A DNA stretch of 64,000 nucleotides, taken from an uncultured virus (IMG/VR IMGVR_UViG_3300003876_000001). Taxonomy: Duplodnaviria > Heunggongvirae > Uroviricota > Caudoviricetes. The position numbers and the translations under genes were made by a program. The DNA lies in the IMG/VR virus record IMGVR_UViG_3300003876_000001, positions 62,001 through 126,000 of that record, one strand, 5' to 3'. The notes beneath the pieces were generated by a model. That model was given only the letters and a program-made list of their open reading frames with translations, was not told the origin of the DNA and did not search any database. This document shows, piece by piece, positions 49,794 through 60,421 of this stretch; the stretch's first letter is position 1, and every line of letters begins with the position of its first letter.

Positions 49794-50780
49794 ATGGCTA
49801 AAAATAGAACAATAAAAAATATTATAAAAAAAAGGATTGTTATTAATAATAATAGAGAAAGTCGTATTAATAATAAATTAATATCAAAAAAACAACCAAA
49901 ATTAATTAGTACACCAAAACCAAAACAGAGTTATATAAAAATTGATGCTTCTCAAACAAAAGGAAAAGAAAGAATAGAAATAAAAAAAGGATTAACTAAA
50001 CATGAGCAAAGAGGGCTTATTAGAAGAGGTGTTTATGATGATATTTTTGATGTTGATTATTTAAAAGAATTAAATATAAAATATGATGTTGTAATTTTAA
50101 TATCATCATTTAATAGATATGCCAAAGTTAAAAGATTAATTAGTCAATTATATACACAAGACAGTAAATATAAATTTAAAATAGTATTATTGAATGACGG
50201 TTCAACGTATTATAAATATAAAACAATAAAAGATTATTTTCCTAAATTAGAATATATTGAAAATGTTAAAAATGGTGGGAAATATAGATATTGGAAAACA
50301 ATTAATGAATTATTTAAAGTTAGTTCAGAAAATAAATCCCATGCAATATTACAAATTGATGATGATTATATTTTATGTGAAAATTATTTAGATATTTTAC
50401 TAGATAAATTTTTTGAATTGAAAGAAATAAATAATAGATATGTTGGAATTTCATATCATATTACACATAATTCAAATCAATTAGCATGGGGTTTTAAACA
50501 TTGGGTTGATGGTGGAACTCTTTTTGATTATAAATTTATAGAAAAAATAAAATTTAATATTGATGAAATATCAGAAAGTAGATGGAAAAATGATAAAGAA
50601 TTAAGTTCAGGTGTTTGGAGACAAGTAAGTCAAAAAATTCATCAAATGAAATTATTAGTACATAAAACCGAATTCTCATTAGTTAAACATAATGGAAATG
50701 AAGATTCTAAAATGAATAAATTACAAAGAGATAAACAACCAATACATACATGGAGATTTATTGATGATAAAAACAAATAA
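49794..50780 (+). CDS. GT2-like glycosyltransferase with basic N-terminal extension
   Basis: ISSFNR, LNDGS, QIDDD. Confidence 0.75.
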   Translation: MAKNRTIKNIIKKRIVINNNRESRINNKLISKKQPKLISTPKPKQSYIKIDASQTKGKERIEIKKGLTKHEQRGLIRRGVYDDIFDVDYLKELNIKYDVVILISSFNRYAKVKRLISQLYTQDSKYKFKIVLLNDGSTYYKYKTIKDYFPKLEYIENVKNGGKYRYWKTINELFKVSSENKSHAILQIDDDYILCENYLDILLDKFFELKEINNRYVGISYHITHNSNQLAWGFKHWVDGGTLFDYKFIEKIKFNIDEISESRWKNDKELSSGVWRQVSQKIHQMKLLVHKTEFSLVKHNGNEDSKMNKLQRDKQPIHTWRFIDDKNK

Positions 50781-50782
50781 AT

Positions 50783-51520
50783 ATGGAAGAAATATCAGTT
50801 ATATTAAACGTATATAAAAGACCACATAGTTTAGATAAACAAATTGAGGCTGTTTTAAATCAAACAGTTAAAATTAAACCAGAAAATATTCATGTTTGGT
50901 TTAATAAATCAGATATTCGACAAAATTTACCAATAAATAAAAACGTAAAAACATATGTGACTAATTGGAATAGTAAATTCCATGGAAGATTTACAATTCC
51001 ATTATTAATAAGAACACCCTATATTGCAATGTTTGATGATGATACTATTCCGGGTAATAAATGGTTTGAAAATTGTTTAACTACGATGAAAAAACATAAT
51101 GGTATATTAGGGTCTAGTGGTGTTATAATTAATAGTAAAGCGTATAGACCACACTCTAAGGCTGGGTGGACAGGAACACATAGTGATGGGACAATGAGAG
51201 TTGATTTAGTTGGTCATGGGTGGTTTTTTAAACAAGAATGGGCAAAATATATGTGGTATGAAAAACCAGTATCATGGGATAATGGTGAAGATATTATGTT
51301 TTCATATTTAGCACAAAAATATGGTGGAATAAATACATTTGTACCACCACATCCTGAAAGTGATAGAGAAATGTGGGGTAATCTCCCAGAAAGAGATGGT
51401 GGGTTAGGAAATGATAATGTTGCATCATTTAAGATAAATGCAGATCATTATGGATTAAGAGATTTGGTTTGTTCTAAATGTATTGATAAAGGTTGGAATA
51501 CTGTACATAAAATAAAATGA
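50783..51520 (+). CDS. GT-A glycosyltransferase
   Basis: ILNVYKR, MFDDD, VDLVGH, GEDI. Confidence 0.75.
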   Translation: MEEISVILNVYKRPHSLDKQIEAVLNQTVKIKPENIHVWFNKSDIRQNLPINKNVKTYVTNWNSKFHGRFTIPLLIRTPYIAMFDDDTIPGNKWFENCLTTMKKHNGILGSSGVIINSKAYRPHSKAGWTGTHSDGTMRVDLVGHGWFFKQEWAKYMWYEKPVSWDNGEDIMFSYLAQKYGGINTFVPPHPESDREMWGNLPERDGGLGNDNVASFKINADHYGLRDLVCSKCIDKGWNTVHKIK

Positions 51521-52278
51521 GTAAAATATTTAAAGAACATTTTTTTATGTTATTTGATAAATTTAAAAGGGGTGAAAATTTTGCCTTTAGTAGATTTTCA
51601 GATGGTGAATTACGTATAATGCAAAATAAAGAACTTATTCTTGCTAATGATTATTTTAAAATAGGTAATAAAAAAACAGCAGGATTTTATCATCCAGAGG
51701 ATTATAAACATTTTGATCCAAATAAACACCAATTTTATAGACAAGAATTAATGGATGCTTATCAACATCTTCAAAATAACTATTATGTGGGATTATCTTG
51801 TCGTTGTTGTGTTGGTCAAGCAGATTTTGATGAAATGGTTGATTGGTATGATGGTAATCCAAATAGTGATTTATTAACATGGTCTAATTTATGGGTTAAT
51901 GGTAATTTCCCATTATTTAAAGAATATATGATTCCAGAATTTTCAAATAAGAAAATTGTTTACGTTCTAAATGAAATTGGACATATTGATGGACTACCAT
52001 TTAAGGTTGAAAAAGATTTTAGAGTTGGTAAAAATTGTATTATTAATGATTATGAATTAATTGAACATATGGACAATTGGATTAGTGAAAATTTAATTGA
52101 AAATCATGTATTTTTATTTTCGGCATCATCACTAAGTAATTTTTTAATACATCATTTATATAAGAAATACCCAAATAATACATATATAGATGTTGGTACT
52201 ACAATGAATGATTATTTAGGTATGAAAGGTATAAGGGGGTATTTAAAAGGAGGAAATAGAAAAATTTGTATATGGTAA
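51517..52278 (+). CDS. GT-D fold-like glycosyltransferase
   Basis: FSRFSDGEL, IDVG motifs. Confidence 0.6.
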   Translation: MSKIFKEHFFMLFDKFKRGENFAFSRFSDGELRIMQNKELILANDYFKIGNKKTAGFYHPEDYKHFDPNKHQFYRQELMDAYQHLQNNYYVGLSCRCCVGQADFDEMVDWYDGNPNSDLLTWSNLWVNGNFPLFKEYMIPEFSNKKIVYVLNEIGHIDGLPFKVEKDFRVGKNCIINDYELIEHMDNWISENLIENHVFLFSASSLSNFLIHHLYKKYPNNTYIDVGTTMNDYLGMKGIRGYLKGGNRKICIW

Positions 52279-53318
52279 AGTTAGTAAAGAACGAGAAAAG
52301 GTATTGGGAATTTATTAGAAAACTAAGATCTAATGATCAAGTTCAAGATGGGTTTATTGAAAATGTTCAAATTACATCAAAACAACAGGAAAAGTATATG
52401 GAAAAGCATAATGACGAATATTGGATTTGTTTGGTTAATGATATTCCAGTAGGTTTTGTTGGTTCTGTTGATAATGATATTAGGGTTTGTACACATCCTG
52501 ATCACCAAAAGAAAGGATATGGTAAATTAATGATTAACGAACTAATGAGATTAGCCCCAACATCTTTTGCTAAAGTTAAACATGATAATGAGTCTAGTAA
52601 TAAACTTTTTATTTCATGTGGGTTTAAGTTTGTAATGGAAGATTCAAAATTCAAATATTATAAAAAAGAATTTGTAGAATATAAAACAAATTTACATAAT
52701 CCATTTAAAATTGTTGAAATGTTTGAAGAAGAAGTTGCTAAATATACTGGTGCACCTTATGCGGTAGCTATTGATAGTTGTACTAATGCAATATTTCTTT
52801 CTTTAATGTATATGAAAGAACTAGAAGATTATGATAATGAATATGTTATTATTCCAAATAAAACATATTTATCAGTACCAATGTCTGCAATTCATGCTGG
52901 TTATGATGTAAAATTTAGAAATTATGAATGGTCTGGTATGTATTCATTAGAACCTTTACCTGTAATTGATGCTGCTAAAAGATTTACATCTAATATGTAT
53001 ATGAAAGGTAAATTTATATGTTTGTCATTTCATATAAAAAAAACACTACCAATGGGTAAGGGTGGTATGATATTAACCGACAACCCTGAAGCTGTTGAAT
53101 GGTTTAAGAAAGCAAGATATGAAGGAAGATCAGCAATTGGTTATAAAGATGATAATATAAAAACACTTGGTTGGAATATGTATATGACACCACAAGAAGC
53201 AGCACATGGTCTTGCATTAATGCAAAATTATCCACAAAATGTTGCTGATTTAGGTGAAAACGGTGGATATAAAGATTTAAAAACTAATGATGTATTTAAT
53301 AAATTTAAACAAATATGA
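52272..53318 (+). CDS. GNAT N-acetyltransferase fused to DegT/DnrJ-type sugar aminotransferase
   Basis: HPDHQKKGYG, N..S..LF...GF; then FEE.VA..G..YAVA..SCT.A, DAA, SFHIKK...GKGGMI. Confidence 0.85.
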   Translation: MVKLVKNEKRYWEFIRKLRSNDQVQDGFIENVQITSKQQEKYMEKHNDEYWICLVNDIPVGFVGSVDNDIRVCTHPDHQKKGYGKLMINELMRLAPTSFAKVKHDNESSNKLFISCGFKFVMEDSKFKYYKKEFVEYKTNLHNPFKIVEMFEEEVAKYTGAPYAVAIDSCTNAIFLSLMYMKELEDYDNEYVIIPNKTYLSVPMSAIHAGYDVKFRNYEWSGMYSLEPLPVIDAAKRFTSNMYMKGKFICLSFHIKKTLPMGKGGMILTDNPEAVEWFKKARYEGRSAIGYKDDNIKTLGWNMYMTPQEAAHGLALMQNYPQNVADLGENGGYKDLKTNDVFNKFKQI

Positions 53319-53953
53319 TAGAATTTAACGACCCTACAAATTGGTTAACAACAAGAATAAATGGTGTAAAAAAGGCATATTATGTGCCTGATGAATTTAA
53401 TGGTTTTGGTGTTGCAGTAGATGTTGGTGCAAATGTTGGTGGGTTTCCAATTGTTAATCATAATAAATTTGAAAAAATATATTGTTTTGAACCAGCAGAA
53501 TATACATATAATGAATGCTTAAAAAATATTGAAATGTTTGATAATGTTAAACTTTATAAATATGCTGTTTCAAATAAATCTGGTGATAAAATTAAATTAA
53601 AAGCATATAAAGCATCTAATTATTCAGGAAATGCATCTACATATGATGATGATAGATGGGATGATAATAACTATGAAATGGTTGAAACAATTACTATTGA
53701 AGATATTTATGAAATAATTGGAACTAAAGAAATTGATTACTTGAAGGTTGATTGTGAGGGGAGTGAATATAATCTATTAATGAATAAGGATTTATCTAAA
53801 ATTAAATATATATCAGTAGAAATTCATATTCAATTAAAAGAAAAATTATCAAAATTAATTGATTATTTAAAAAAATATTTTGATGTATTAATCGATTTAA
53901 ATGATGGTATAACAATGCATAAAGAAATGACATTTAAAAATAAAAAAATATAA
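53315..53953 (+). CDS. FkbM-family methyltransferase
   Basis: VDVGANVG, FEP, LKVDCEGSE. Confidence 0.88.
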   Translation: MIEFNDPTNWLTTRINGVKKAYYVPDEFNGFGVAVDVGANVGGFPIVNHNKFEKIYCFEPAEYTYNECLKNIEMFDNVKLYKYAVSNKSGDKIKLKAYKASNYSGNASTYDDDRWDDNNYEMVETITIEDIYEIIGTKEIDYLKVDCEGSEYNLLMNKDLSKIKYISVEIHIQLKEKLSKLIDYLKKYFDVLIDLNDGITMHKEMTFKNKKI

Positions 53954-54372
53954 TGGAAAAAATATATTCAAAAGTAGATCCAAAATTACTTCTTCATATT
54001 ATAAGAAGATTAGATGATATAAAAAAACAAGAAACTAGAGTTGAATTAGTACCTGAAGATAATTTTATTCAGTGTTCTTCACTAAAAATGAAAAAAGGTA
54101 AGAAATTTAAACCACATAAACATATTAAGAAGAAAAGAACATATGAAAATCAAATTGCACAAGAATCTTGGGTGATTATTAATGGTAGTGTTAAATGTAC
54201 TTTTTATGATATTAATGATAATGTTATTGCAACACCAACACTTAAAGTTGGGGATGCTTCATTTACATTGTATGGTGGTCATACATATGAAATATTGGAA
54301 GATAATACCATAGTATATGAATATAAGACAGGTCCTTATGAGGGTCAAGAATTAGATAAAAGGTTTATATAA
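53953..54372 (+). CDS. Cupin (WbuC-like) protein
   Basis: PHKH..QE.W..GGH. Confidence 0.7.
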   Translation: MEKIYSKVDPKLLLHIIRRLDDIKKQETRVELVPEDNFIQCSSLKMKKGKKFKPHKHIKKKRTYENQIAQESWVIINGSVKCTFYDINDNVIATPTLKVGDASFTLYGGHTYEILEDNTIVYEYKTGPYEGQELDKRFI

Positions 54373-54929
54373 TGGAAGAAATTAAATTACATTTAGGTTG
54401 TGGTTGGAGAAATTTTGGTAAAGATTGGATTCATGTTGATAATGGTGATTATAATCATTTAGATTATAATTGTAATGTCTCATTATTACCCTTTAATAAT
54501 AATTTTGCTGATATAATTTATGCATCACATGTGATTGGATATTTTGATAGAGATGAAATTATTGATGTATTTAAAGAATGGTATAGAGTATTAAAACCAA
54601 ACGGTGTGTTAAGAATTGCAACACCTGATATTGAATCAATATCTAACCTATATAATAATAAAAATTATCAAATAGAAAATTTTTTAGGTCCTATTTTCGG
54701 CAAAATGAAAATGGGTAATAATATAATTTATCATAAAACAATATATGATTTTGATTCATTAAAAAATATATTAAATGGTATTAATTTTAAAAATGTTAAG
54801 AAATATGATTGGAGAAATACAGACCATTCACAATTTGATGATCATTCACAATCGTATTTACCACATATGAATAAAAAAAATGGACAACTAATAAGTTTAA
54901 ATATTGAATGTAACAAATATGAAAATTAA
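54372..54929 (+). CDS. Class I SAM methyltransferase
   Basis: LHLGCG, IYASHV, RVLKPNG.LRIATPD. Confidence 0.85.
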   Translation: MEEIKLHLGCGWRNFGKDWIHVDNGDYNHLDYNCNVSLLPFNNNFADIIYASHVIGYFDRDEIIDVFKEWYRVLKPNGVLRIATPDIESISNLYNNKNYQIENFLGPIFGKMKMGNNIIYHKTIYDFDSLKNILNGINFKNVKKYDWRNTDHSQFDDHSQSYLPHMNKKNGQLISLNIECNKYEN

Positions 54930-55452
54930 ACAAGGTAAAGATATATTTATACATTCAAATGTTGAATTTAAAAGACCAGAATTAATTGAACTGGGTAATC
55001 ATATTGCAATTGATTATGGTTTTTATTGTACAACTGGAATGAAAACAGGTGATTATATCCATATTGCACCACATGTGACATCTATTGGCGGTATTGATGG
55101 AATGTTAACATTAAAAGGATTTAATAATATTATGGCTGGTGCTAGAATTGTATGTGGTTCAGATAGGTTTGATGATTCTGGTTTATTTGGTGCTTTAATA
55201 CCTAAAGAACTGGTTGGTAGTCAAATAATAAAACCAATCATAATGAAAGAATTTTCAAATGTTGGTTCAAATGCAATTATATTACCGGGTACAATACTAA
55301 GAAAAGGTGTTTTAGTTACAGCAGGAAGTTTAATATATGGTGATACTGAAGAATGGGGTATATATAAGGGTAATCCTGCAAAGTTGATAAAAAAGATTGA
55401 TGGTAATAAAATAATTGAAAATGCGAAAAAATTGGGATATGTGTATACATAA
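54919..55452 (+). CDS. Hexapeptide-repeat acyltransferase
   Basis: VGSNAIILPG..L..G....AGS, GNPAK. Confidence 0.85.
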   Translation: MKIKQGKDIFIHSNVEFKRPELIELGNHIAIDYGFYCTTGMKTGDYIHIAPHVTSIGGIDGMLTLKGFNNIMAGARIVCGSDRFDDSGLFGALIPKELVGSQIIKPIIMKEFSNVGSNAIILPGTILRKGVLVTAGSLIYGDTEEWGIYKGNPAKLIKKIDGNKIIENAKKLGYVYT

Positions 55453-56119
55453 ACCATATAATAAATATAATTATAAAATTGATGGTTGTTTTGTAGACCC
55501 AGAAGAAAGGTTTGCATTTATTCATATATATAAAAACGCATCAATTTCATTTAGAAATGCATTAAATATGCGTGGTAGATATTTTAAATATATTGATGTT
55601 AAAGATAAAGGATTAGTTACTGTTTGTATATTAAGAAATCCAATTGATAGAGTAATTTCAATGTATCTTTATTTATTAAGACTTGAAGATAATGGATATC
55701 CAAATCAACATCCAATAGAAGAAACAAAAAAATCTTGTTTTTATAAGAATCAAGATGATGTTATTGAAAGTTTTAAATATTTTTTGAATGCTATTAGTGA
55801 TAATAATTATTATGATGCTGTTACATATCCACAAATTAAATTTATAGAAGATAGAGGTTTAAATATTAATGATATTGACGAAATAATGTTAGAGAAGAAT
55901 TTATCATGGGAATATAAAGAATTTAAAGAGAAATATAAGATTAAAAATGATTTAGATTTCCCAAACGATAATGTTGGTAATGAGGAAAAGAAAAAATTAA
56001 TTTCAAATTATATTAAAACAAATTTTAATATTAAAATGAAAATAATGAATATGTATAGAGAAGATATTCAAATGTATAATACAATTGCTTTAGAAAGAAA
56101 TGTAAACATATTAATATGA
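55415..56119 (+). CDS. Sulfotransferase family protein
   Basis: FIHIYKNASIS (5'-PSB) and RNPIDRVIS.Y (3'-PB). Confidence 0.8.
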   Translation: MKMRKNWDMCIHKPYNKYNYKIDGCFVDPEERFAFIHIYKNASISFRNALNMRGRYFKYIDVKDKGLVTVCILRNPIDRVISMYLYLLRLEDNGYPNQHPIEETKKSCFYKNQDDVIESFKYFLNAISDNNYYDAVTYPQIKFIEDRGLNINDIDEIMLEKNLSWEYKEFKEKYKIKNDLDFPNDNVGNEEKKKLISNYIKTNFNIKMKIMNMYREDIQMYNTIALERNVNILI

Positions 56120-56979
56120 AAACATATATTGCATGTAATATAGCACAAGATGGAATGGGTGCTAGAGTTCAAAGAATTTTCAATGTTTGTGCGTTTGCAT
56201 ATTATTTAAATGAAGAATATTCTAAAGATATTGAATACTTAAATGTTCCACTATCATATGAAGGGTTTGGTGTTAATTTTCTTGCTGGTGAAAAAACAAG
56301 ATCAAAAAATTATAGTACATGGAATAGAGAAGGGTATATTAAGAGTGCTAATGAATGGGATAAAACATTAAATTATGTGGGTGTTGATGTTAATAATATA
56401 ATTTTAAATGATTTTACTATTGTTAAAGGTGATATGACCCAAGTAGTTAGAGAAATAAAAAATAATGAACATAAAAATAAAATATATTTAATATCAACAT
56501 TACATAAACATTTAGATAGAAAAGATTTAAGTATTGAAATAATGAAAAAATATAGAAGTAAGATATTTTCATTATTTCAATTTAAACATGAAATGTCAAA
56601 CGAAATAATCATACATATTAGAAGATCAGACATTGTAAAATATCAAAATAGAATATTAAACGATGATTATTATTTAAATATATTAGATACATTAACAAAA
56701 AATGGAAATGAAAACATAATAATAACCACACAAAGATTGAATTTTAATCCAAAACCATATAATAAATATAAAATAATATATGATGATGAAATTAGTTCAA
56801 ATGAAATGTTTATTAGAATGATAAATGCTAAATTATTAGTATTATCTATAAGTTCTTTTAGTTATGCATCTGCACTATTATGTAATGGTATTGTAGTTTA
56901 TCCTAAAATGAGACATATTAAAATGAATGATTGGATATTAAAAAATGAAATAAAAAATATAAAGAATGGAAAAATATGA
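56116..56979 (+). CDS. GT11-like (fucosyl)transferase
   Basis: DGMGA, IHIRRSD, SSFSY.SA. Confidence 0.65.
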   Translation: MKTYIACNIAQDGMGARVQRIFNVCAFAYYLNEEYSKDIEYLNVPLSYEGFGVNFLAGEKTRSKNYSTWNREGYIKSANEWDKTLNYVGVDVNNIILNDFTIVKGDMTQVVREIKNNEHKNKIYLISTLHKHLDRKDLSIEIMKKYRSKIFSLFQFKHEMSNEIIIHIRRSDIVKYQNRILNDDYYLNILDTLTKNGNENIIITTQRLNFNPKPYNKYKIIYDDEISSNEMFIRMINAKLLVLSISSFSYASALLCNGIVVYPKMRHIKMNDWILKNEIKNIKNGKI

Positions 56980-57697
56980 TAGTTATCCTTTAGGTCAAAT
57001 ACCCAAACATTTACAACGTCCAGAACTTGACATAATAAAAGAAATGGGTTATTATTGGAACGACCCAAGAGAAGTGATTGACATGTTTGAACAAAAAGTT
57101 GCTGAATTTGCAGGTGCAAAATATGGTATTTTAACTGATTGTTGTACAAATGGTATGTTTTTATCATTAAAATATCTAATGAATATTGGTGAAATAATGG
57201 TTGAATGGAATATTCATCCTAAAATAACCATACCTAATAGAACATATGTTTCATTACCTATGTTAATTAATCAAGTAGGATTAGATTATGAGTTTAAAGA
57301 TTATGAATGGAGTGGAATTTATCGATTAAATCCTACTAGAGTATATGATGGTGCAGTACGTTGGACTAAAGACATGTATGTTGGAAATAATGCATTACAG
57401 GTTGTATCTTTTCAAATAAAGAAAAGAATACCAATTGGTAAGGGTGGTATTATTTTAACTGATGATAAGGAAGCAGCAAAGATGTTAAAATTAATGAGTT
57501 ATGATGGTAGAGATCTGACAGTATCATATAATGATTGTAATCATATAAAAACAAAGGGATATCATATGTATATGACACCTGAAGATGCAGCAAGAGGAAT
57601 AATATTAATGGATAGTGTACCTGAAGAAAATGAAGATAGTGGAAATAGTACGATGTATCCAGATATTGAAGAAATGATAAAAAATATAAGAATATAG
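56966..57697 (+). CDS. DegT/DnrJ-type sugar aminotransferase (short form)
   Basis: FEQKVAEF.G, DCCTNG, DGA, SFQIKK...GKGG. Confidence 0.85.
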   Translation: MEKYDSYPLGQIPKHLQRPELDIIKEMGYYWNDPREVIDMFEQKVAEFAGAKYGILTDCCTNGMFLSLKYLMNIGEIMVEWNIHPKITIPNRTYVSLPMLINQVGLDYEFKDYEWSGIYRLNPTRVYDGAVRWTKDMYVGNNALQVVSFQIKKRIPIGKGGIILTDDKEAAKMLKLMSYDGRDLTVSYNDCNHIKTKGYHMYMTPEDAARGIILMDSVPEENEDSGNSTMYPDIEEMIKNIRI

Positions 57698-57714
57698 TAA
57701 AATAAATATAAAAT

Positions 57715-58707
57715 ATGAAAAAAGCGTTTATAACAGGAATTAGTGGTCAAGATGGTAGTTATCTTAGTGAATATTTATTATCACTAGGATATGAAGTACA
57801 TGGAATGATTAGAAGAAACTCTGTTGCTGAAAACCAACAATATAGGATTGAAGGTTTAAGAAGTAATAAAAATATGTACGTACATTATGGTGATTTATTA
57901 GATCAAACATCAATAGAACGTCTATTAACCGAAATAATGCCCGATGAAATATATAATTTAGGTGCTCAGTCACACGTTAGAATTAGTTTTGATATACCAC
58001 AATTTACAGTACAAACAAATGCGTTGGGTGTTGTTAATATATTAGAAGCGTATAAAAGACTTTGCCCTGATGCTAAATTTTATCAAGCAAGTTCATCTGA
58101 AATGTTTGGTTTAACTGTTGAGAATGATAAGTTTCAAAGAGAAACTACATTAATGAATCCAGTATCTCCTTATGGTTGTGCTAAAGTATTCTCATATAAT
58201 ATGGTTCGTCATTATAGACGTGCTTATAATTTACACGCAACCAACGGAATATTATTTAATCATGAATCACCAAGAAGAGGAAGTAATTTTGTTACAAATA
58301 AAGTAGTTAAAATTGCATGTATGATTAAATTAGGAAAGGCAGATAAACTAGAATTAGGGAATATTGATTCTTATAGAGATTGGGGGCATTCAAAAGATTA
58401 TGTTCGTGCAATGCATAAAGTAATTAATCATGATATTGCAGACGATTTTGTTATATCAACAATGGAAACACATTCAGTTCGTGAAATGTGTGATGTTGTT
58501 TTTAGTTATTTAGATATGAATTATAAAGATTATGTAGTACAAAACCCTAAATTTATTAGACCAGAAGAGTTACCATATCTAAAGGGTGATTCAACAAAAG
58601 CAAGAAATGTTTTAGGTTGGAAACCAGAATATTCATTTGAGATAATGATGCATGAAATGGTTGATCATTGGATGGATGAATTACAGGGTATTAAATCGAA
58701 TAGATAA
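57715..58707 (+). CDS. gmd: GDP-mannose 4,6-dehydratase
   Basis: ITGISGQDGSYL, AQSHV, QASSSEMFG, SPYGCAK, FNHESPRRG, RDWGH. Confidence 0.95.
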   Translation: MKKAFITGISGQDGSYLSEYLLSLGYEVHGMIRRNSVAENQQYRIEGLRSNKNMYVHYGDLLDQTSIERLLTEIMPDEIYNLGAQSHVRISFDIPQFTVQTNALGVVNILEAYKRLCPDAKFYQASSSEMFGLTVENDKFQRETTLMNPVSPYGCAKVFSYNMVRHYRRAYNLHATNGILFNHESPRRGSNFVTNKVVKIACMIKLGKADKLELGNIDSYRDWGHSKDYVRAMHKVINHDIADDFVISTMETHSVREMCDVVFSYLDMNYKDYVVQNPKFIRPEELPYLKGDSTKARNVLGWKPEYSFEIMMHEMVDHWMDELQGIKSNR

Positions 58708-59408
58708 TGAAAATAATAATACCTACATGTGATAAATATCGTAATATATTAGAAGCTAATAAATATACAATGGATAAATTTGGCGGTTCAAATTTAGACA
58801 TTACTATTTTAGGATATAAAAAACCTGAATTTGATATGGGTAATTGGAAGTTTTTTTGTTTGGGTAATGATAATGGTGCAGATAATTTCACTAATGATAT
58901 ATATAATTTTTTTAAAGATTTTAAAGATGAATATTTTATATATGGTAATGATGATATTGTTGCAGTTGATGAATTAAATATTGAAATGATAAATGAATTT
59001 AAAAAATTAATGGATAATGATGACAAAGTAGTAAAAATCTGTTTAACATCTGCTGCACCAAGTGTATATGGTAATGATATTTATAAAAATGGGAATGATT
59101 ATAATTTTATTAAATTACCTAATAATGGGGAATATAGATTATCGTTACATTATGGTGTATGGAGAACATCATATTTTATGAAATATTTTGAATTAGGAAT
59201 TTCTCCTTGGGAATGGGAATTAAGAGATGTTGCAAAAAATGATGGTGCTATCATATTAGGTACTGATAAAAAACATGTTTTAGATTTTGGGCATATACTT
59301 AGAAGGGGTGGTATGATAACGGAAACATGGTATAAATCATTATATACCAATAAACAATTAAATGATGATGATATTCAATATGTAAAAAAAATAATTGAAA
59401 ACTTATGA
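58707..59408 (+). CDS. Putative GT-A glycosyltransferase
   Basis: IIPTCDKY, YGNDD, SPWEWE. Confidence 0.55.
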   Translation: MKIIIPTCDKYRNILEANKYTMDKFGGSNLDITILGYKKPEFDMGNWKFFCLGNDNGADNFTNDIYNFFKDFKDEYFIYGNDDIVAVDELNIEMINEFKKLMDNDDKVVKICLTSAAPSVYGNDIYKNGNDYNFIKLPNNGEYRLSLHYGVWRTSYFMKYFELGISPWEWELRDVAKNDGAIILGTDKKHVLDFGHILRRGGMITETWYKSLYTNKQLNDDDIQYVKKIIENL

Positions 59409-60421
59409 TACTATTAACATTTGGAACAAGACCAGAATATTTGAAAATTAAACCTTTAATTAAAGAGTTTATAAAAAATAATATTGATTATAAAATACTA
59501 TTTACTGGTCAACATTTAAATATTGCTGATTTTAAATCAGATTATGTAATATCAATTAAAGATGGTGAAAATCGTTTAGATTCAATAGTTAGTTCAATAA
59601 TGAATGAATTAACATCTATAATTAGATTAGAACCAACATTAAAATATGTTTTAGTACAAGGCGATACGACATCAGTATTAGCCGTTGCATTGTCTGCATT
59701 TCATCATCAAATAAAAGTAATTCATCTTGAAGCTGGATTAAGAACATTTGATAAGAAAAACCCATATCCAGAAGAAACAAATAGACGTATAGTGTCATCA
59801 ATTGCTGATATACATTTATGTCCAACAGATTTATCTAAAACGTACTTAGAAAGAGAAAAAACAGAAGGTGATATATATGTTGTGGGAAATACAGGATTAG
59901 ATAATCTATTACCTTGGAAAGAAAAATTAAAAACATTTACAGGTAGCAACGATATTTTAATTACACTCCATAGAAGAGAAAATCATCATTGGATGAAAGA
60001 GTGGTTTTTATTAATAAATGAAATAGCAAAAAAACATAATTATCTTAATTTTATATTTCCAATGCATCCAAACCCAAAAGTTCAAATAAATAAAGTATTC
60101 ATTGATGCACCAAACATTAAAATAATTGAACCATTAGATCATGATGAACTATTAGATGTTTTAGTAAATTCAAGATTAGTTATAACTGATTCAGGTGGGA
60201 TACAAGAAGAATGTAGCTTTTTAAATAAAATTTGTTTAACTTGCAGAAAAGTAACGGAAAGACCCGAAGCAATAGGATATTCTACAAGAATGGTTAAATC
60301 ACCATTAGAATTACCAGATATATTTGAAAAATATATAAACAATTCAATTATTAAATATGAATCACCATTTGGTGATGGACATGCTTCAGAAAAGATAGTA
60401 AAAATACTAAAAGAATTATGA
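59405..60421 (+). CDS. wecB: UDP-GlcNAc 2-epimerase (non-hydrolysing)
   Basis: GTRPE..K, TGQH, QGDT, HLEAGLR, PEE.NR, HRREN, TDSGGIQEE, TERPE, FGDG. Confidence 0.93.
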   Translation: MILLTFGTRPEYLKIKPLIKEFIKNNIDYKILFTGQHLNIADFKSDYVISIKDGENRLDSIVSSIMNELTSIIRLEPTLKYVLVQGDTTSVLAVALSAFHHQIKVIHLEAGLRTFDKKNPYPEETNRRIVSSIADIHLCPTDLSKTYLEREKTEGDIYVVGNTGLDNLLPWKEKLKTFTGSNDILITLHRRENHHWMKEWFLLINEIAKKHNYLNFIFPMHPNPKVQINKVFIDAPNIKIIEPLDHDELLDVLVNSRLVITDSGGIQEECSFLNKICLTCRKVTERPEAIGYSTRMVKSPLELPDIFEKYINNSIIKYESPFGDGHASEKIVKILKEL

